A stretch of 64,000 nucleotides of DNA from positions 248,001-312,000 of the forward strand of contig NIVC01001283.1 in the NCBI GenBank assembly GCA_002269645.1, given 5' to 3'. This document shows, one piece after another, positions 1 to 13,149 of this stretch. The notes under the pieces are model-generated. The model made no database searches and had not been told where the DNA came from. It was given only the letters and a program-made list of their open reading frames with translations. Within the stretch, counting starts at the first letter, position 1. Every line of letters starts with the position of its first letter. Position numbers and translations under genes: made by a program. The DNA is from Macrostomum lignano (taxonomy: Eukaryota).

Positions 1-1571
1 ACAACAAGGTACAGTGTAAAGTCCATCTCTAACAATAAATAAAGCTAGGGCCTTGCACTCCTGTGTGTATTGTCCCTGTGTGTACACGCATGACTGTGCA
101 CGTATCTGATGATCGAATACGTACGTTACGTGGAATGGGCAGATAACGTCTCGATCGCCAGGCCAGTTGTGACAGCCGCTTTAAGTCGCTAGGATCGATG
201 CACACAGCCCAGCCCGGACTCTAACTCACTAAAACTAAAAAAACCCGAACAAGCTGCTGCAGCAGGGGTGTAAATGTATGTATAGTCCTATCTTTTTAAA
301 AGCAGTGCATGATGACAAGTTAAGCCTAGAGGATTTTCTTCTCGAAATGGTAGAACTTACATGGCACATCAGAATTATTTCTCAAATGTATTTCATGATT
401 TTACTCCTCAGCTGAATAGGAGGAACATACGTAATGTACTGTATTGTGCGTTGCTATAATTCAAGCTGGCCATATGGCAATAATTACTTTTTGGAGTTTT
501 TACAAAGAGAAATTAAAAAATGTTTGTTTTCTAATTATCTAGCCTGCAATAAAATTACATTTTAGCATTCATTACAGGCCTCGGACGAAAAATAAATTTC
601 ATGAGACACAGACTGTACCGCCAAGCACATTTGGCATGGCAAGCAATTAATCGTGTATAATAAGTTGTCAGAGCAGTTTACATGTTATTACAAATTGGTT
701 TAAAATTTAAACTGATTATTCTAACAATAGAGAAAGTTCAAAGTTCTTAAAATTTTTGCTCTAAGTGTTAGAGAATGACCCATACAATGACCTATTGCTG
801 ACCGGACTAGCTGGGTGGCGGTTCAAAAATAAAACATTTTTAGCTTCCATAGAATATTTATAAATCAACTGCTGAAAAAACGAATAACTTTTGATGGTTC
901 CGTAGATTGTCTCTAATGAAAACTGGAGTTGTCTCCAGATTACACGTATCTGATTGATAGCTACGGTTCAATTATGCAATAATCAAATAGAAACTCTTTC
1001 TGAGGTTCTTTTTAAGCTACTTGTAAATGCAGGCGCCTATCTGACTGGGCATTACACTTGTAGAAGATTGATTTTGAATCATAAATAATAGAAAGTAACT
1101 TTAATGGAAAGCCACTTTACCGGATACTGACCTACGACCTCGTGCAAGTAGGAAAAAACACATTTAAGCTGATGGACACTGATGGATGCCCTGGAGAATC
1201 AGCTGGATCCGCGCACTCTGCGATGCTGCGCTCTGCGTTTCGACGCAAACGACGCGCTTCCCCCAGCTGCCTCTGAGGGATGCGAGAGCCCCCAGTTCCG
1301 ACTCTGACTGGAGAAGCTGGATTTTTGAGAAGTGCAGCCCAAAGGCGTGTGTTCTGACACCTCCCCCCCTCGGCGACCACTCGTGGCCGGCGCGAGGTGT
1401 ATTTTGTTGTTGTTGTTGTTGCAAGCTGATATAAATAATAAAATGTAAATTAATATTGATATAATTTCAAATTGCGTATATGAATCAACAGGAAAGGTAT
1501 TTATTAAAATTAGACTAGATCGCATTAAAGATCGCTAATAGGGTTGCATACAGTAACTCAAACACAGATAT

Positions 1572-1920
1572 TTACAAGCCTGCACTCGTATCCGGTTTAA
1601 ACAGAGCAGCGTACTGGGCAGTGAGGTCCAAATAGTGGTCCCGCTTGCGCGGCGTATAGTCCAGATAGCCGTGCCGAGGCGCCGCCGGCTCAATCTGGGT
1701 GCCCTCGTGCCATTCGTTGAAGCTGGTGATGCTCAGGAAGGCCGGCCGGGCGGCGATGGCCGCGCGAAGGCCGCCAGTGTAGTAGCGACCGCCCTCGCGC
1801 TGCCTGGTGTTCTCGGCGTTCCAGGGCCGCACAGCCGTATCGATGTAACCGGGCCCGATGCTGGGCGCGAATGCGACTCCCGCGGCTGAGCACTGCCTGC
1901 TCATTGCAGCCCAGTTCGAC
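1572..1920 (-). CDS. MANEA: Endo-alpha-mannosidase, last exon
   Basis: SNWAAM, PSIGPGYIDTAVRPWN, ITSFNEWHEGTQIEPA, YLDY: GH99 C-terminal motifs; stop at 1572-1574. Confidence 0.9.
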
Positions 1921-2099
1921 CTGTTTTTAGAAAAGTTAGACGACTATTCACTTATTATGTAAGCTTTTTTGGCCTTTGTGTAAATATTGTTTAATATTTG
2001 TTGCTAGTAGTATGCAACTCGATGTGCACAGCCAGCCAATGAAGGGCTGGGAGCAGACGAAGTACATGTACAATGCAAATGTAGCTGCTGTAGATTGCT

Positions 2100-2470
2100 C
2101 CTGCGGCCGCCCCTCCGCCGCCCCTGCTGCTGCACCCTGCCGCCCCTCCGCCGCCCCTGATGTCGGCCCTCCGCCGCCCCTGCTGCCGCCCCTGATGCCG
2201 CCCCTCTGCCGCCCCTGCTGCTGCACCCTGCCGCCCCTCCGCCGCCCCTGATGCCGGCCCTGCTGCCGTCCCTCCGCCGCCCCTGCTGCTGCACCCTGCC
2301 GCCCCTGATGCCGGCCCTGCTGCCGTCCCTCCGCCGCCCCTGCTGCTGCACCCTGCCGCCCCTCCGCCGCCCCTGATGCCGGCCCTCCGCCGCCCCTGCT
2401 GCCGCCCCTGCTGCCGCCCCTCCGCCGCCCCTGATGCCGCCCCTGCTGCCGCCCCTCCGCCGCCCCTAAA
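2100..2470. repeat. GC-rich intronic minisatellite (CCGCCCCT/GCTGCT units)
   Basis: Degenerate tandem ccgcccctgctgctgcaccctgccgcccct units inside the MANEA intron. Confidence 0.85.
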
Positions 2471-2593
2471 GCCGCCCTTTTGGATACCCTGACACTGTGC
2501 CATTTTAGAAACTACTTTAACTCCCTAATCCGAATAGACACATTTGATATAGTAAATAAATCAAATATTTAGACTGCAAAACAACACCCTAAC

Positions 2594-2866
2594 CTAGTAG
2601 AAGCCTGCGTGAAGCCGTCAGCAGCAAAATAAGTATACGCTCCATCGAAGCCGCTCTCTTTAATTGTTTGACAATCGCCAATCGACATAGCCAAGCCGAA
2701 CATCAGGGCGTTCTCTGGCTTGCCGCGGATGCTGGCAGATCCGCCGAGACTGCCGCCAAGTAGCAGCGGGCGCCAGAGACTGTGCGGAATGCGATAGCTA
2801 TCGTAGATATAGTGCACCGGCAGCCAGCGACCGTCGCGGGTTCGTTCTCGATAGAAAGCCGGATGC
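2594..2866 (-). CDS. MANEA: Endo-alpha-mannosidase, middle exon
   Basis: RHPAFYR..LPVHYIYDSY, IRG, FDGAYTYFAADGFT; AG acceptor 2867-2868, GT donor 2592-2593; phases compatible with both neighbouring exons. Confidence 0.9.
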
Positions 2867-3127
2867 CTGGATGCAATAAATAAATAACATTAGCGCTTTA
2901 TACTACTGATCTGGCGATATTAAGTAGGGGAGTAGGGAATCTATGCAAGAATAAGACTAAAAAACATGTTGCTATTCAGAAGTAAGCACCCAGCAAGCAG
3001 TGGCGCGCCTGCCTGCCCGCCTCATCAATCCAGAATCCTCTGGACTCGCCATCCGGCTTCTAGTGGCCCCCCACCGGTGAAAATAGGTCATGCTACCTGG
3101 ATAAGATAATATTATGATTTACAAACC

Positions 3128-3788
3128 TGGCATGAGTAGCGGCTATGTAGCGCAGATGACGGCGCAGATTAGCAGGCGACCTGCCCGCATAGGGTTCAAT
3201 ATGCAGAGCCAGGCGCAATTGGAATTCCCGAGCAGCCGACAGCAGCATTGGCACCAGCCGATCAACCGGTCGGCCATTCTCATCCGCCATGCCGGGTGGA
3301 TACCAGGACACAACGACAGTACCAGCGCCCGACCGTCTGATCTGGGCAAAGTGGCGGCGTACAACACTGATATTGGCGCTAGAATAGGGACCCAGTTCCG
3401 GGTAGAAATTGGCACCAATGTCGCCAGGTGGCGTATGGCCGGCTTGGCTAAATTTGCGCGCTCGTTCAGCGTTCCAGTGCGGCAGGCGGCTGTGATTCCA
3501 GTGCAGCCAGGCGCCGTCAGTGCCGGGCTCGCCATACCAGGCATAATAAAATATGTGCACCCGATAGTTAGGCAGCGACTGCCGATTCTGATTGGCTGCC
3601 GGGGTAAGACTGGAAACGACCATCCCATCCTTCGCCTGGGCAGCCGGCGCCTCCGATTGGCTAGGAGGAGGAGGCTGGGGAAAGCTACCAGCGAGCCAGA
3701 TTATGCAGCCAATCAGAGCGGTCAGAGCCAAGCAGCGAGCCAATAAGCGCCGTTTCAACAGCACGCGACGCAAGATTGGGGGTAACAA
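3128..3788 (-). CDS. MANEA: Glycoprotein endo-alpha-1,2-mannosidase (GH99), first visible coding exon
   Basis: Type II TM segment, then GH99 motifs HIFYYAWYG, WLHWNH, DIGANFYPELGPYSS, VVSWYPPG, LHIEPY; donor CAG|GTTTGT at 3127. The ORF track start is TTG; frame stays open to an acceptor at about 3831. Confidence 0.9.
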
Positions 3789-6130
3789 TGCCTGGAGTTG
3801 GGCGAACGGGAGACAAGAATTAAGGTAACCTAGAAAAGCTTAGATTTCAATAGCTAACAACAATATTTTATTGACAGCCATCTAGATAGAAATATCGATT
3901 TTTTTCAGACGCTTGTTGGTAGATCTAACAGTTTGTGAAATGCTTTTATGTTTGTTTGCCCAGTGCTATATGGAAGCCATTTTGTTTGTTTTGCCTGCCC
4001 CACCCCGAAATTTATAGTTTTAGGTTCATTAAATAGTTATTTAACACATGCATAAATGCATATTTGCAGGAGGTCTGTGGGCACTGTAATATTTTCAGTC
4101 AAGTCAGTTTTTCATTTTTGCGCTCCCCAAACGGGCTGGATTGCTACTATGCATTGGGGGTTGGCCCTCATAGCTGTGAATCGCACGAACGACACCTCCA
4201 ATCTTTTGTGCACACACGAAGTCCCAAATGAATTTGGCCGCGCATGGAATCGAACTCAGGGGTCGTGGCGGCGTGGAGAATCGGACGAGTTTACCGCAGC
4301 TCTGCCCCTCAGTTAATTTACACAAAACAAATTTGGCATTACTTTCGTTCGCCGGCATCGATTTCAATATATTTAATAATCATTATTTCATTTTCAATGC
4401 TGAAAATCTTCAAGGTTTTGTTAAAAATCATAGTATTTTAGGCAGTAGGTTTTGTTTGCCTTTGGAAACTTTATCTGCTGTGTGTAAATAAAAAGATTGA
4501 CTGATACTTTCAGTTCAGTAGCAAAGAAGAATATATAAGCTATTTTATAAAAATAAAGGCAGCTGAAATGACTTTGATAAGTTTAGAAGCCCAAGCTTGC
4601 AGGCGTAAACAACTTGCATGCTAAATTGGTTCAGCAGTAATGTACATTGGCCAGTCCACTGAAATGTTCATGGCAGCTTTTAGGCTGGAATTCCGAGAAA
4701 GGCAATAAAAATTGGGGCGGGGCGGGGGGTAGTGTGGAAAGGCGCGGTTGGAGGGTTTAAGCTTGGGGGGTAAGAGCCAATGAATTGAGCCTTGGCTTTA
4801 AAAATACATTAAAATGCTTATTTAACTTACTACTGAACTGAAAGTACGAGTAGCTTGCACGCAAATGTGCTGAGTGGCCCGTCTAGTTATTCTAGTATCT
4901 GTGGTATTGTGTGGGATTCCTGGCAGTACCTAAACTTCACAGACATCATTATTCCCTAACATTCTGGCAACTAGCTAATATGAGCGTAATATTAAAAAAA
5001 TTCGAAACTTGCAATTTGATCATTATCTTGTGCAGACATTATAATCATAATAATACTAATAATAGCATTAACTGCGCGATATATTTGAATTGAATGAAAG
5101 TCACAGCAGCAGCAGTATTAATAAGGCAGCAGTATGCTCGTAGCAACAAATTAGAAGAATACTTTGCGTACATGCATACAAGTGCACAGGTATTGATCAT
5201 GTCTGGGTTACAGGTGCTGCACTCACTATTGAAAGACGGCACTATTAGCTTACAATTTCAGTGATATAGTAATACTACATGTAAACTATTCATAATATTA
5301 TATGCATTACATTTTCATAAGGAAAATCATTCAGCATAACTCAAATCCGGTGAAAGCATCCTCACCATATACTACTTAAGCTTCTCAGACAGTAAGTAGT
5401 CACAGAAAAGAGCATTATTAACTAATTTCGGTACAAAACTTTAAGAATAACGAAAATAAGAATAACAAATAATTGAAAGAGAAAATTTAATTAGCGAAAA
5501 GCGCGCAACAAAGTAAAAAATACAATGCTTTGCATACATAAGCTGTCTGTCTGGTTTGAACATCATGTTAAAAATATCCAGTTCAAAGAACGGCACACAC
5601 AACTTATTATACAAACTTGTCATACAAACTTTCAGGTCGGTCAGGTTATAGATGTAGATATAAACATTTGCAGGAGGGCTGCGGGCCCTGCTTGGACTCA
5701 ACCGCAGGAACATCAGGACGGGTGATCATGGCTGTTTCGCCAGGCATCGCTATCTCCAGGGAAAAACCCGTAGCGAGGAACGCCCCTTCTGCCTCTCCGG
5801 TGTTGAGACTGCGGAGAATTTCACCTGTGACTGCCCCGTCTTTACTTAAGACAGGCTTATCTACCTCGGCCCTAAACCGGACCTCTCCAGACCTTTTCAG
5901 GCCCGAGAATCTCTGCCAGCTCGTCCGTTAAGGCCAGCTGCCCGTGGTTGCCAGGGCTATCCGGATGCCCGGATGTCAATCAGACGAATGTTTCAGTTTA
6001 TGAATAACTAAAAACATTCTAGGCAAACCATTAAGCTTGTGAATGAATGAACTAGCTAGCACAATGAACAGGCAAAGCGTGTCTGAGATCCGCAGCAAAC
6101 AGTTGAACTACAGGCTATAAGAATCTGTTG

Positions 6131-6607
6131 CTATCTAACATAGTCGTTAGGCAGGGCGCTCCGTTCTAGTTGAGCAAAGTCGACGCCCGGTATGCTGAAG
6201 TGATTAGCCAAATCCGTATCGTTCAGCCCGTAGCCAAACACCTTTCTAACGCACGAATAGGCCGACACGTTGAAATCGTAGGCCCTGCCTAGCACTACGT
6301 TTAGCGCCGACGTGTCGTACAGGTGGCAGCCACTGTAACGAAAGTACGGCCGGATGTCGCCGAATCGGCAGCCGCTGCCGAGCACTACGAAGGGCCGGCC
6401 CGACCCAGCGGGCAGCCAGCACGCTGGCCGGAGGGCGCACCGGGACCAGGGCAACAGGAGGCGCCGGTGGACGAACGGCGAGGCGGCGAGGACAAGATGA
6501 GCGGCAGACACCATCCGGTGCAAGCGATAGTCGTGCGGACTAGCGTTGAGCAGCTCGAAGGTCTGCGGATGCGTGAACGCCGTAGTTGGCGGTGGAAACG
6601 ACCAGGC
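6131..6607 (-). CDS. DUF1647-family protein, exon 2
   Basis: Pyrimidine-rich acceptor ttccag|GCCTGG; TAFTHP, CALRPAC, CHLYDTSALNVVL; joins exon 1 in frame (about 418 aa). Confidence 0.7.
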   Translation of the reverse strand, partial: AWSFPPPTTAFTHPQTFELLNASPHDYRLHRMVSAAHLVLAASPFVHRRLLLPWSRCALRPACWLPAGSGRPFVVLGSGCRFGDIRPYFRYSGCHLYDTSALNVVLGRAYDFNVSAYSCVRKVFGYGLNDTDLANHFSIPGVDFAQLERSALPNDYVR

Positions 6608-6968
6608 CTGGAAGGGAGGGAGTGAATGAAAGGTTTCATTAATATCTTCTTGTAATACGGCAAAATAATTTATAGTTTCACTTCGGTCACATTGGAAAGG
6701 GGCAGAGCAGTGCGGGAGCACGAGAATTTCCCGCAGGAAGTTTTCCCGCCGAGGTTTACAGGCGTGAGCTTTTCTTACAGGAGGGGTTTCCAGTCGGAAT
6801 TTCAAGTCAAATCCAATCTTTTTAAAAATAGATTAGACTAGATTAGAACTAGACTAGAATAAAATAGACTAGATTATAACTAGACTAGAATAAAATAGAT
6901 TAGACTAGATTAGAGATAGACTAGATTAGAACTAGACTAGACTAGATTGAAACTAGACTAGTACAAAA

Positions 6969-7247
6969 CCTAATTGCAGCGCATGGGCATTTTGGCGGAC
7001 GGCGTCCGGCGCGGATCTAATATGGCGCGGCGCAGTGCGTACAGCGCGCGGCAATTAGTACGGCGCGGCGCGGTACTAATTAGATGCCGAGGCATTTAGG
7101 CTTGATAAGACAGTCATAGTTACTCCTGCCGTTTACCCAAAACTGCGTTAATTTTGCTTTAGGGTTTCTTTCACAGGTAAGTCATTTCACAGCGTGGCGC
7201 AGGTTGTGTAGGCGTCTGGCGTACTTAAGCCATGCGCTGCAATAGGG
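6969..7247. mobile_element. Small MITE with 8-bp TSD carrying a 28S rRNA fragment
   Basis: GTACAAAA at 6961-6968 and 7248-7255; TIR CCTA(A)TTGCAGCGCATGG. Confidence 0.7.
7075..7138 (-). other. Degenerate 28S rRNA fragment (helix 69 / R2 insertion-site region)
   Basis: Minus strand GGGTAAACGGCAGGAGTAACTATGACTGTCTTATCAAGCCTAAATGCCTCGGCATCTAATTAG versus conserved 28S GGGTAAACGGCGGGAGTAACTATGACTCTCTTAAGGTAGCCAAATGCCTCGTCATCTAATTAG. Confidence 0.8.
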
Positions 7248-7468
7248 GTACAAAATAGACTAGACTAGATTAGAACTAGACTAGACTAGCAATTTAAAAT
7301 CCGATTGGATTAGACTTTAAATTCCGACTGGACACCCCTGCGGGAAAACCTCGCTGCGGGAAAAGCTCGTCGGGCAAACCTCGGTGGGAAAACCTCCTGC
7401 GGGAAATTCTCATAGACCCGAGCAGCGCAGCGGGTAAAAATGTCTGACTCTTGCGCCAATACACCCAC

Positions 7469-8248
7469 CTGCAGTCCAGTGGCTCTCGCATCCTCCAGCA
7501 CAGGCCTGAGACCCGACATTCCGACTGAGAAGCCGGCTGGCCACGGGCCGCCTAAATCGGTCCAAACAACAACGCCAAAGCGTCGCAGCAGGGCGCCAAT
7601 AGCGAAGGGCTTGTAAGCCCGCGTGTCCAGCCGGCTGCTGACGTGCTCCGGGTACAGATCGAATCGAAACCGGCGCAGCCTGCACCACCGGCTGGGACAG
7701 GCCAGGCCGTCCTTTGCGCCGGAGGACAATTCCATCAAATCGGCTGTTGTCAATCCCAGATCCCACAGAACCAGAGTCAGGCTGGCATTAAATCTGTCGC
7801 GTACCGATCTAATCAAATCTATAGCGGCTGACTGTTCGCCAGACTGTACAGCGGTTGCTATGACAACAGAACCCGGCTGCTCCGGCGGAGTGTACGCGGC
7901 CAGCAGGGGAGGCAGAGAAGGCGCCAATGATGAAGATGTCACAGGCTTTGAAGACGATTGAGACAATCGAAACCTGGGCAAGGATATCGGTGATAATAGC
8001 CTAGATGAAGATTGAGAAGCTGCAGCCGGTAGCAACGCATCGCTGGCGTGAGTCCAATCGTCATCATTCAACGAAGACTTGGCAACTACGGTGCCAAAAG
8101 CATCGACAGATGCTTCATTAACGCTTGCATCAATATTTTCTGTCAGGTGATAATGAGACGTATAAATTGAAGGCAGCAGGTGGCCAGCCAGTTGGTATAC
8201 TACTAATAGTAGCACTATGCTTAATATAAGCTTAAACCGGGGTCGCAT
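7469..8248 (-). CDS. DUF1647-family type II membrane protein, exon 1
   Basis: ATG 8248, N-terminal TM segment, motifs LVLWDLGL, FDLYPEHV, AYKPFAI, VVWTD; donor CAG|GTGGGT at 7468. Confidence 0.7.
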
Positions 8249-8890
8249 TTTGATGCATGAAATTGTACTGAATAATAATAATACTATTCAAGGCGTTCAA
8301 ATTAGGGATTAGTTGATTGATTATTCCATTGGTTTCTGGAAACATCAAATTTAGGTTGTTTAGTTAGAGCATTAAGTAACATTATGTAAGCACAAATGAG
8401 ATGCAGTTAATTTATTTATAAAAAATTTAATTCTATTTATACCACTTGACATTACATTCAATGGCAATAAGGCCTAGTAGGTCTTAGACAATAAAGACAA
8501 AAAATTCTAGGATCTTTGCAAAACCTCCATGCATAAATATTCAGATAGACTACATTTTGTATATTTGCCCTATACTGTTAATAATGAGACATAAACTATA
8601 ATTTCAGCATCCTAAATTTAATTACTAGATGCCAAATTGGCACCCCTATTTTCCATATTACCATACTTTAAAGTATCATTGATTTGTTATCCTATTGATT
8701 TTTAGATGTAGTCTAGGATGCTAAATGGCACAGTGATTCTAATGCTAAAAAACTAAATTTTTTTAACTCTATGGTAGTGCTAGCAATATAGCACCAACAA
8801 ATACATCTTTAGTGGTAAAAAAATACCTGATTCATTCTTAGATAGATTTGTGTGTGAAGTCACAAAAATGCCCATCTAAAAAAAGACAAA

Positions 8891-9000
8891 GTACTAATTA
8901 GATGATAGAGGCATTTAGCTTTAATAATAGTCATAGTTACTCCTGCTATTTACCAAAAAATTATATTAAATTTGCTTAGGTCTCTTTCATAGGTAAATCA
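8891..9000 (-). other. Second, more diverged copy of the 28S-fragment repeat
   Basis: gtactaattagatgatagaggcattt..gtcatagttactcctgctatttacc plus about 45 bp of non-rDNA sequence shared with 7141-7180. Confidence 0.7.
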
Positions 9001-11580
9001 CATTTTTGGCCAAAAAGTAAATTGTATAGCTAGTATAAATCAAGGTATTGCACATGTATGATCAAGTATCAATATGAAAAGGCTCATTTTTTATAAGTTA
9101 GCCACCCCATGCTACACTAGTTGCTAGATCTTATTTGGTGATAGGCTATAGAAGTAAAGTAAGGTAAGTGCTAATAATAGTGCAACATTGGCTTTTGTTA
9201 TGATGCCATTGTTGACTGGCAAAACTTTATTAGAGATAAATATGCCTAGTACAATATCTCATCGATCATCCAATAGTATTTAGTAATATTAGTGGAGAAA
9301 TAGAAATAAATGAATCTTATTTGTTTCATTGAAAATAGGCCTGTCATTAACATATATACTAGCCTAGTGAATAAATAATAGTTGAACATAATACTAAGAA
9401 ATATATCATGATTCTCATTATTGACTATACAGCTATGGTGCTACTATATTTGATTTATTGTCATGTTTTCCTTGGTAAATGTGTGATCATTAATAGATAC
9501 CAAGTATAAATACATAGCTAGATAGCTTTAGAATCATGATATCAATAGTACAACTAGAAATTTGTTGAGAAAAGTAGATTCTGGAGGGTAAAAACTAGTA
9601 GCATAGCTAGAATGAGAAATACAGGGATATATCCCCCATATTGATGATTTATAGAAAGCTAAAAGATGTTTTTTTGAAAAAACAAAATAAAGTGGCTTTA
9701 GATTTAGAAAAAATACCCAAAATGATATAGTAAACATTCATAAATTATCATTAAAAAATTTTGAACAATATTTTCATGAATTCTAAGTTCTCAAAATGCC
9801 AGAGTTAGGATTTTTTATTTTAATAAAAATAAAGTTTCTGAGCTTATTAATAATGATATAAAATACTTTTCAATGTATAGTAGGCCTAACACAAAAATAC
9901 AAAACAAACTATTTTATGAGACTGTGACTTTGACCTTTTTCAATTATCTTCCCATTTCAAAATCCTAGCTATGCCACTAGTAAAGGCCCAAGGAGGGCAA
10001 AAGGAGTATGGCTCTATATTTTGACTAAAATTTGCTTGGTCTCCCCTTTGATTTTTTCTAGGTTCCACCTACTTGGCAACCTCCTGCCTTCCTAATTGCA
10101 TTATTGGATATTGATTATTTACCATTGGCTTGCCTTTGTTAATCTTTAAGATCTGTATACGCAAACCTCATCATCAAATGGACATAGTCATAGGCACACT
10201 ATAAAGCAAAATTTTTAGCTAGACCTATACATTTTACTAATAGATTTTCAATGGAATTTCAATAGTCAATTTTCAGTGTTAAATATTCAGTAGTTCTTCC
10301 AGAGAATATTTTTAAAAAGACTGTCAGTGTAAACTTTTCAAAATTAAGATCTAATATTCTTATCTCATGTTTTTAATATAAGTGTACCTGTCCCTGTCTG
10401 AACTCTGAATATCTATTTTTGCTGAAACCCACACATTGTTAGACTAGCAGTGTGTTTTAGGCAAACTGAAAAAAACGTCGTACAATAAATTTTTATTTAG
10501 TATTACTATACAATATACATAGTATTATTAGAGCGGCAAAATTATATCACTAAATCCGCGGCGATAATAAATAAAAAAACCTTAGCACTGTTTGCATTCG
10601 AAACATTAGCACTTGTTTTCTATGAACCTTTAGTAATTTTAAACAAAAAAAAATTGGTTACAAAGAAGAGCTTATGCGTATTTAGATTTAAATCGTATGG
10701 GGGTATTGAAAGCTACATTAAACCACAATTGTCTCATGGCGAGTAAAGCAAGGTGATTAGGACGGCGAAGGTGACTGCGATAGACGAAATGTAAATTAAA
10801 TTGTTTATTATCAAATAGATGTAGTATTAGGTGGTCAATATTACTGCCCCGAAGTTGTCCAAAGACTACCGCCTTTTACATTTTACAGACCCAGAAAGAA
10901 TCTTAAGGAAGCAACAGAATTTTTGCCAAACTGGCCTACTTCGCCGCGACCCTGCTGCACTGTCGTTGCCGTATTAGGCAATTCTTGCGGACCGAAATTA
11001 GACGAAACTATAGCTTCCACATTTCCATGGTTTTCACTGAATTATGGCCTGCATTGCACCAAGATCAGCTCTCTCCAAAGTTCTGGTCGCGTCACTGCTG
11101 CCCTGGGAAAGTTTTTCGACACGCTACTGTATTTGTGTGAAATAAGTGAAACTGAGGTTTTACGGGTGATACTGTACATTTACTATAATATGTGAAGGTA
11201 AGATAGAAATATACGTTAGACATGTATTTCTCCAGAAAGAATATAGGTACAATGCATGCACATTAGCCAGCATTTATCTTCTTAGCAGTTTTGTCATTAT
11301 ACCTACTAATAAAACATTATTCAGATAGGATCCGGCAGAAAAAAAGTTTTATATATAAAGACCATGACAGCGTCAATTTCGGATTGCTCTCCTAATCAAA
11401 TGCGGTTTTCGAAGATAAAATTTACTGATTTTTACACAGGTTTTCTTTCGGTATGTAGCTTAGCTAGATATATCAGGGTATGTGAGAGCCGAAAGAAGAG
11501 TCAATTGAAATGGTAAGTTTTTTTGGGACACGGCCGCTATACTGAGCATCAATCTACACTCGATATTACATGTATCTGGG

Positions 11581-11771
11581 CAAGGAGTTCTATAATTAGC
11601 AATCTGGAGTGGAAACGAGTTTTACCTCATGAGGCCACGCAAATTGTTAAGATAAGGAGCTAGCACTGAATGTCTATGGCTCCGTCGGACTCTGTCTATG
11701 CTACTCTGGCCTCATGAGGTATAAGTGAAAAACTCTTTTCCACTCCAGGTTGCTAATTATAGAACTCCTTG
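11581..11771. mobile_element. P-type MITE (CAAGG ends, 7-bp TSD)
   Basis: TIR CAAGGAGTTCTATAATTAGCAA.CTGGAGTGGAAA; ATCTGGG at 11574-11580 and 11772-11778. Confidence 0.75.
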
Positions 11772-11782
11772 ATCTGGGTTTA

Positions 11783-12105
11783 GACCATGGAGGAAAGAAT
11801 AGAATGGAGTGCTAATGTGAGCCAGTTATTTTTATCTCGCTCGATCTTCACTTTTAACATCCCTTTCCCCCGTTCTTTCCTATTGGCTCGTGACTGCCAT
11901 AGACAAAGTATTTTTCGTGTCGCTTTCGTTTTCGTTCCCCTCTGAAAGGTATGTCCCAGCATAGTACGAGCTCGCATCAAAATATGCTTTCAGCCAATAG
12001 GAAGGAACGGGGGGAAAGGGATGTTACGACGTAAAAGCGAAAATCGAGCGAGATAAAAATAACTGGCTCAGATTACCACTCCATTCTATTTTTTCCTCCA
12101 TGGTT
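11783..12105. mobile_element. TA-flanked MITE with about 110-bp TIRs
   Basis: RACCATGGAGGAAA.AATAGAATGGAGTG..TGAGCCAGTTATTTTTATCTCGCTCG inverted at both ends; an interior fragment recurs inverted at about 25866-25975. Confidence 0.75.
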
Positions 12106-13149
12106 TAGACGTACATTTGACTATAATTGCGATTGCTATATATACATGTAGATTCTGTCAGTGTCTATGGTCGAAATCTATGTGAGAGCGCGGTTTGAAT
12201 CAAACTTGCATACGATGGCCACAGACTAATTGAGCTTTGCATGCGCTAAATGGTGGTTACATATCGATCGATAAAATTCAGTCTTAAACTGACAGCAACC
12301 CCGGCCAAGACTTTAGTGCACGCAATTTAAAAAAAAATACAGGATAAATTTTTCTGAGAGTTTTAAAAAGGGTAGGCCAATTCACAAGGAAAAATAATAT
12401 CTGCAGCTAGTCCTGAGGCTAGGCTATATCAGCATCACAGAAGCGAATAAGAAGCTTTCAATTTTTTCTATAGCTCTTCAGAGATTACACTACATGTACG
12501 CGTAGTAACAGTGTAGCAATTGGAATATCCTTAACTTTGCATAGAATTCACGCAAGGCTGCTTTCTGAGCGGTAAGTGTTTTTGAGCTTTTTTATGCATT
12601 TGAATTTTTTAAGACAGCGAAGTTGCTCGTAATTTCGATGTCCTCAATTTTAAAGTGACTTGTTGGTATTATGGGAAAATCAAGTATTTGCATGAGGAAA
12701 GTTCTCAACAATATACAAATTTGTACATTCAGACTGAACAGAAATATTTTGTGTAAACTTAACAACGGAGAAAATTTAATGTAAACATGCACAGGATTCA
12801 TAATAGGAGAATTAAGTGTGCATTATTGAATACACAGTAGAGATCTTAGGAGTTTTTATGAGCTTCGTAAGTTGTTGCACAAAGACAATAAGTGTCCACC
12901 ATTTTCTCGAGAATTTCTTCCGTCAGTTGAAGTGGCAAATCGGAGACTGTGGGCCATAGAAAAATTTATTCTGATACACGATTCAATGCGCATCGCTCAA
13001 TCCACAGGATTTTGAGGTAAACAGTTTTAGGAAAACGAATGACAGCAGGAAATGAGAACAAAGAACTGAGGGGTGTTTCTCGAAAGCTTGCTTAAGATCT
13101 ATGGTAAGACAGACTGCGTATGATTAATCGTAAGGGCGTATCAACATCC

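Larger units (their letters stand above)
6720..7411. mobile_element. Intronic MITE-like element with about 100-bp imperfect inverted arms and (TAGAC)n interior
   Basis: gagaatttcccgcagga..ccagtcggaattt at 6720-6815 is inverted at 7300-7411. Confidence 0.6.

Noticed and set aside
1160-1400. GC-rich island that might be the last exon of a plus-strand gene
   Set aside because: Short ORFs with no recognisable motif; cannot be supported without transcripts.
1948-2503. Gly/Ala/Pro-rich ORFs in several frames
   Set aside because: Products of a GC minisatellite inside a well-defined MANEA intron.
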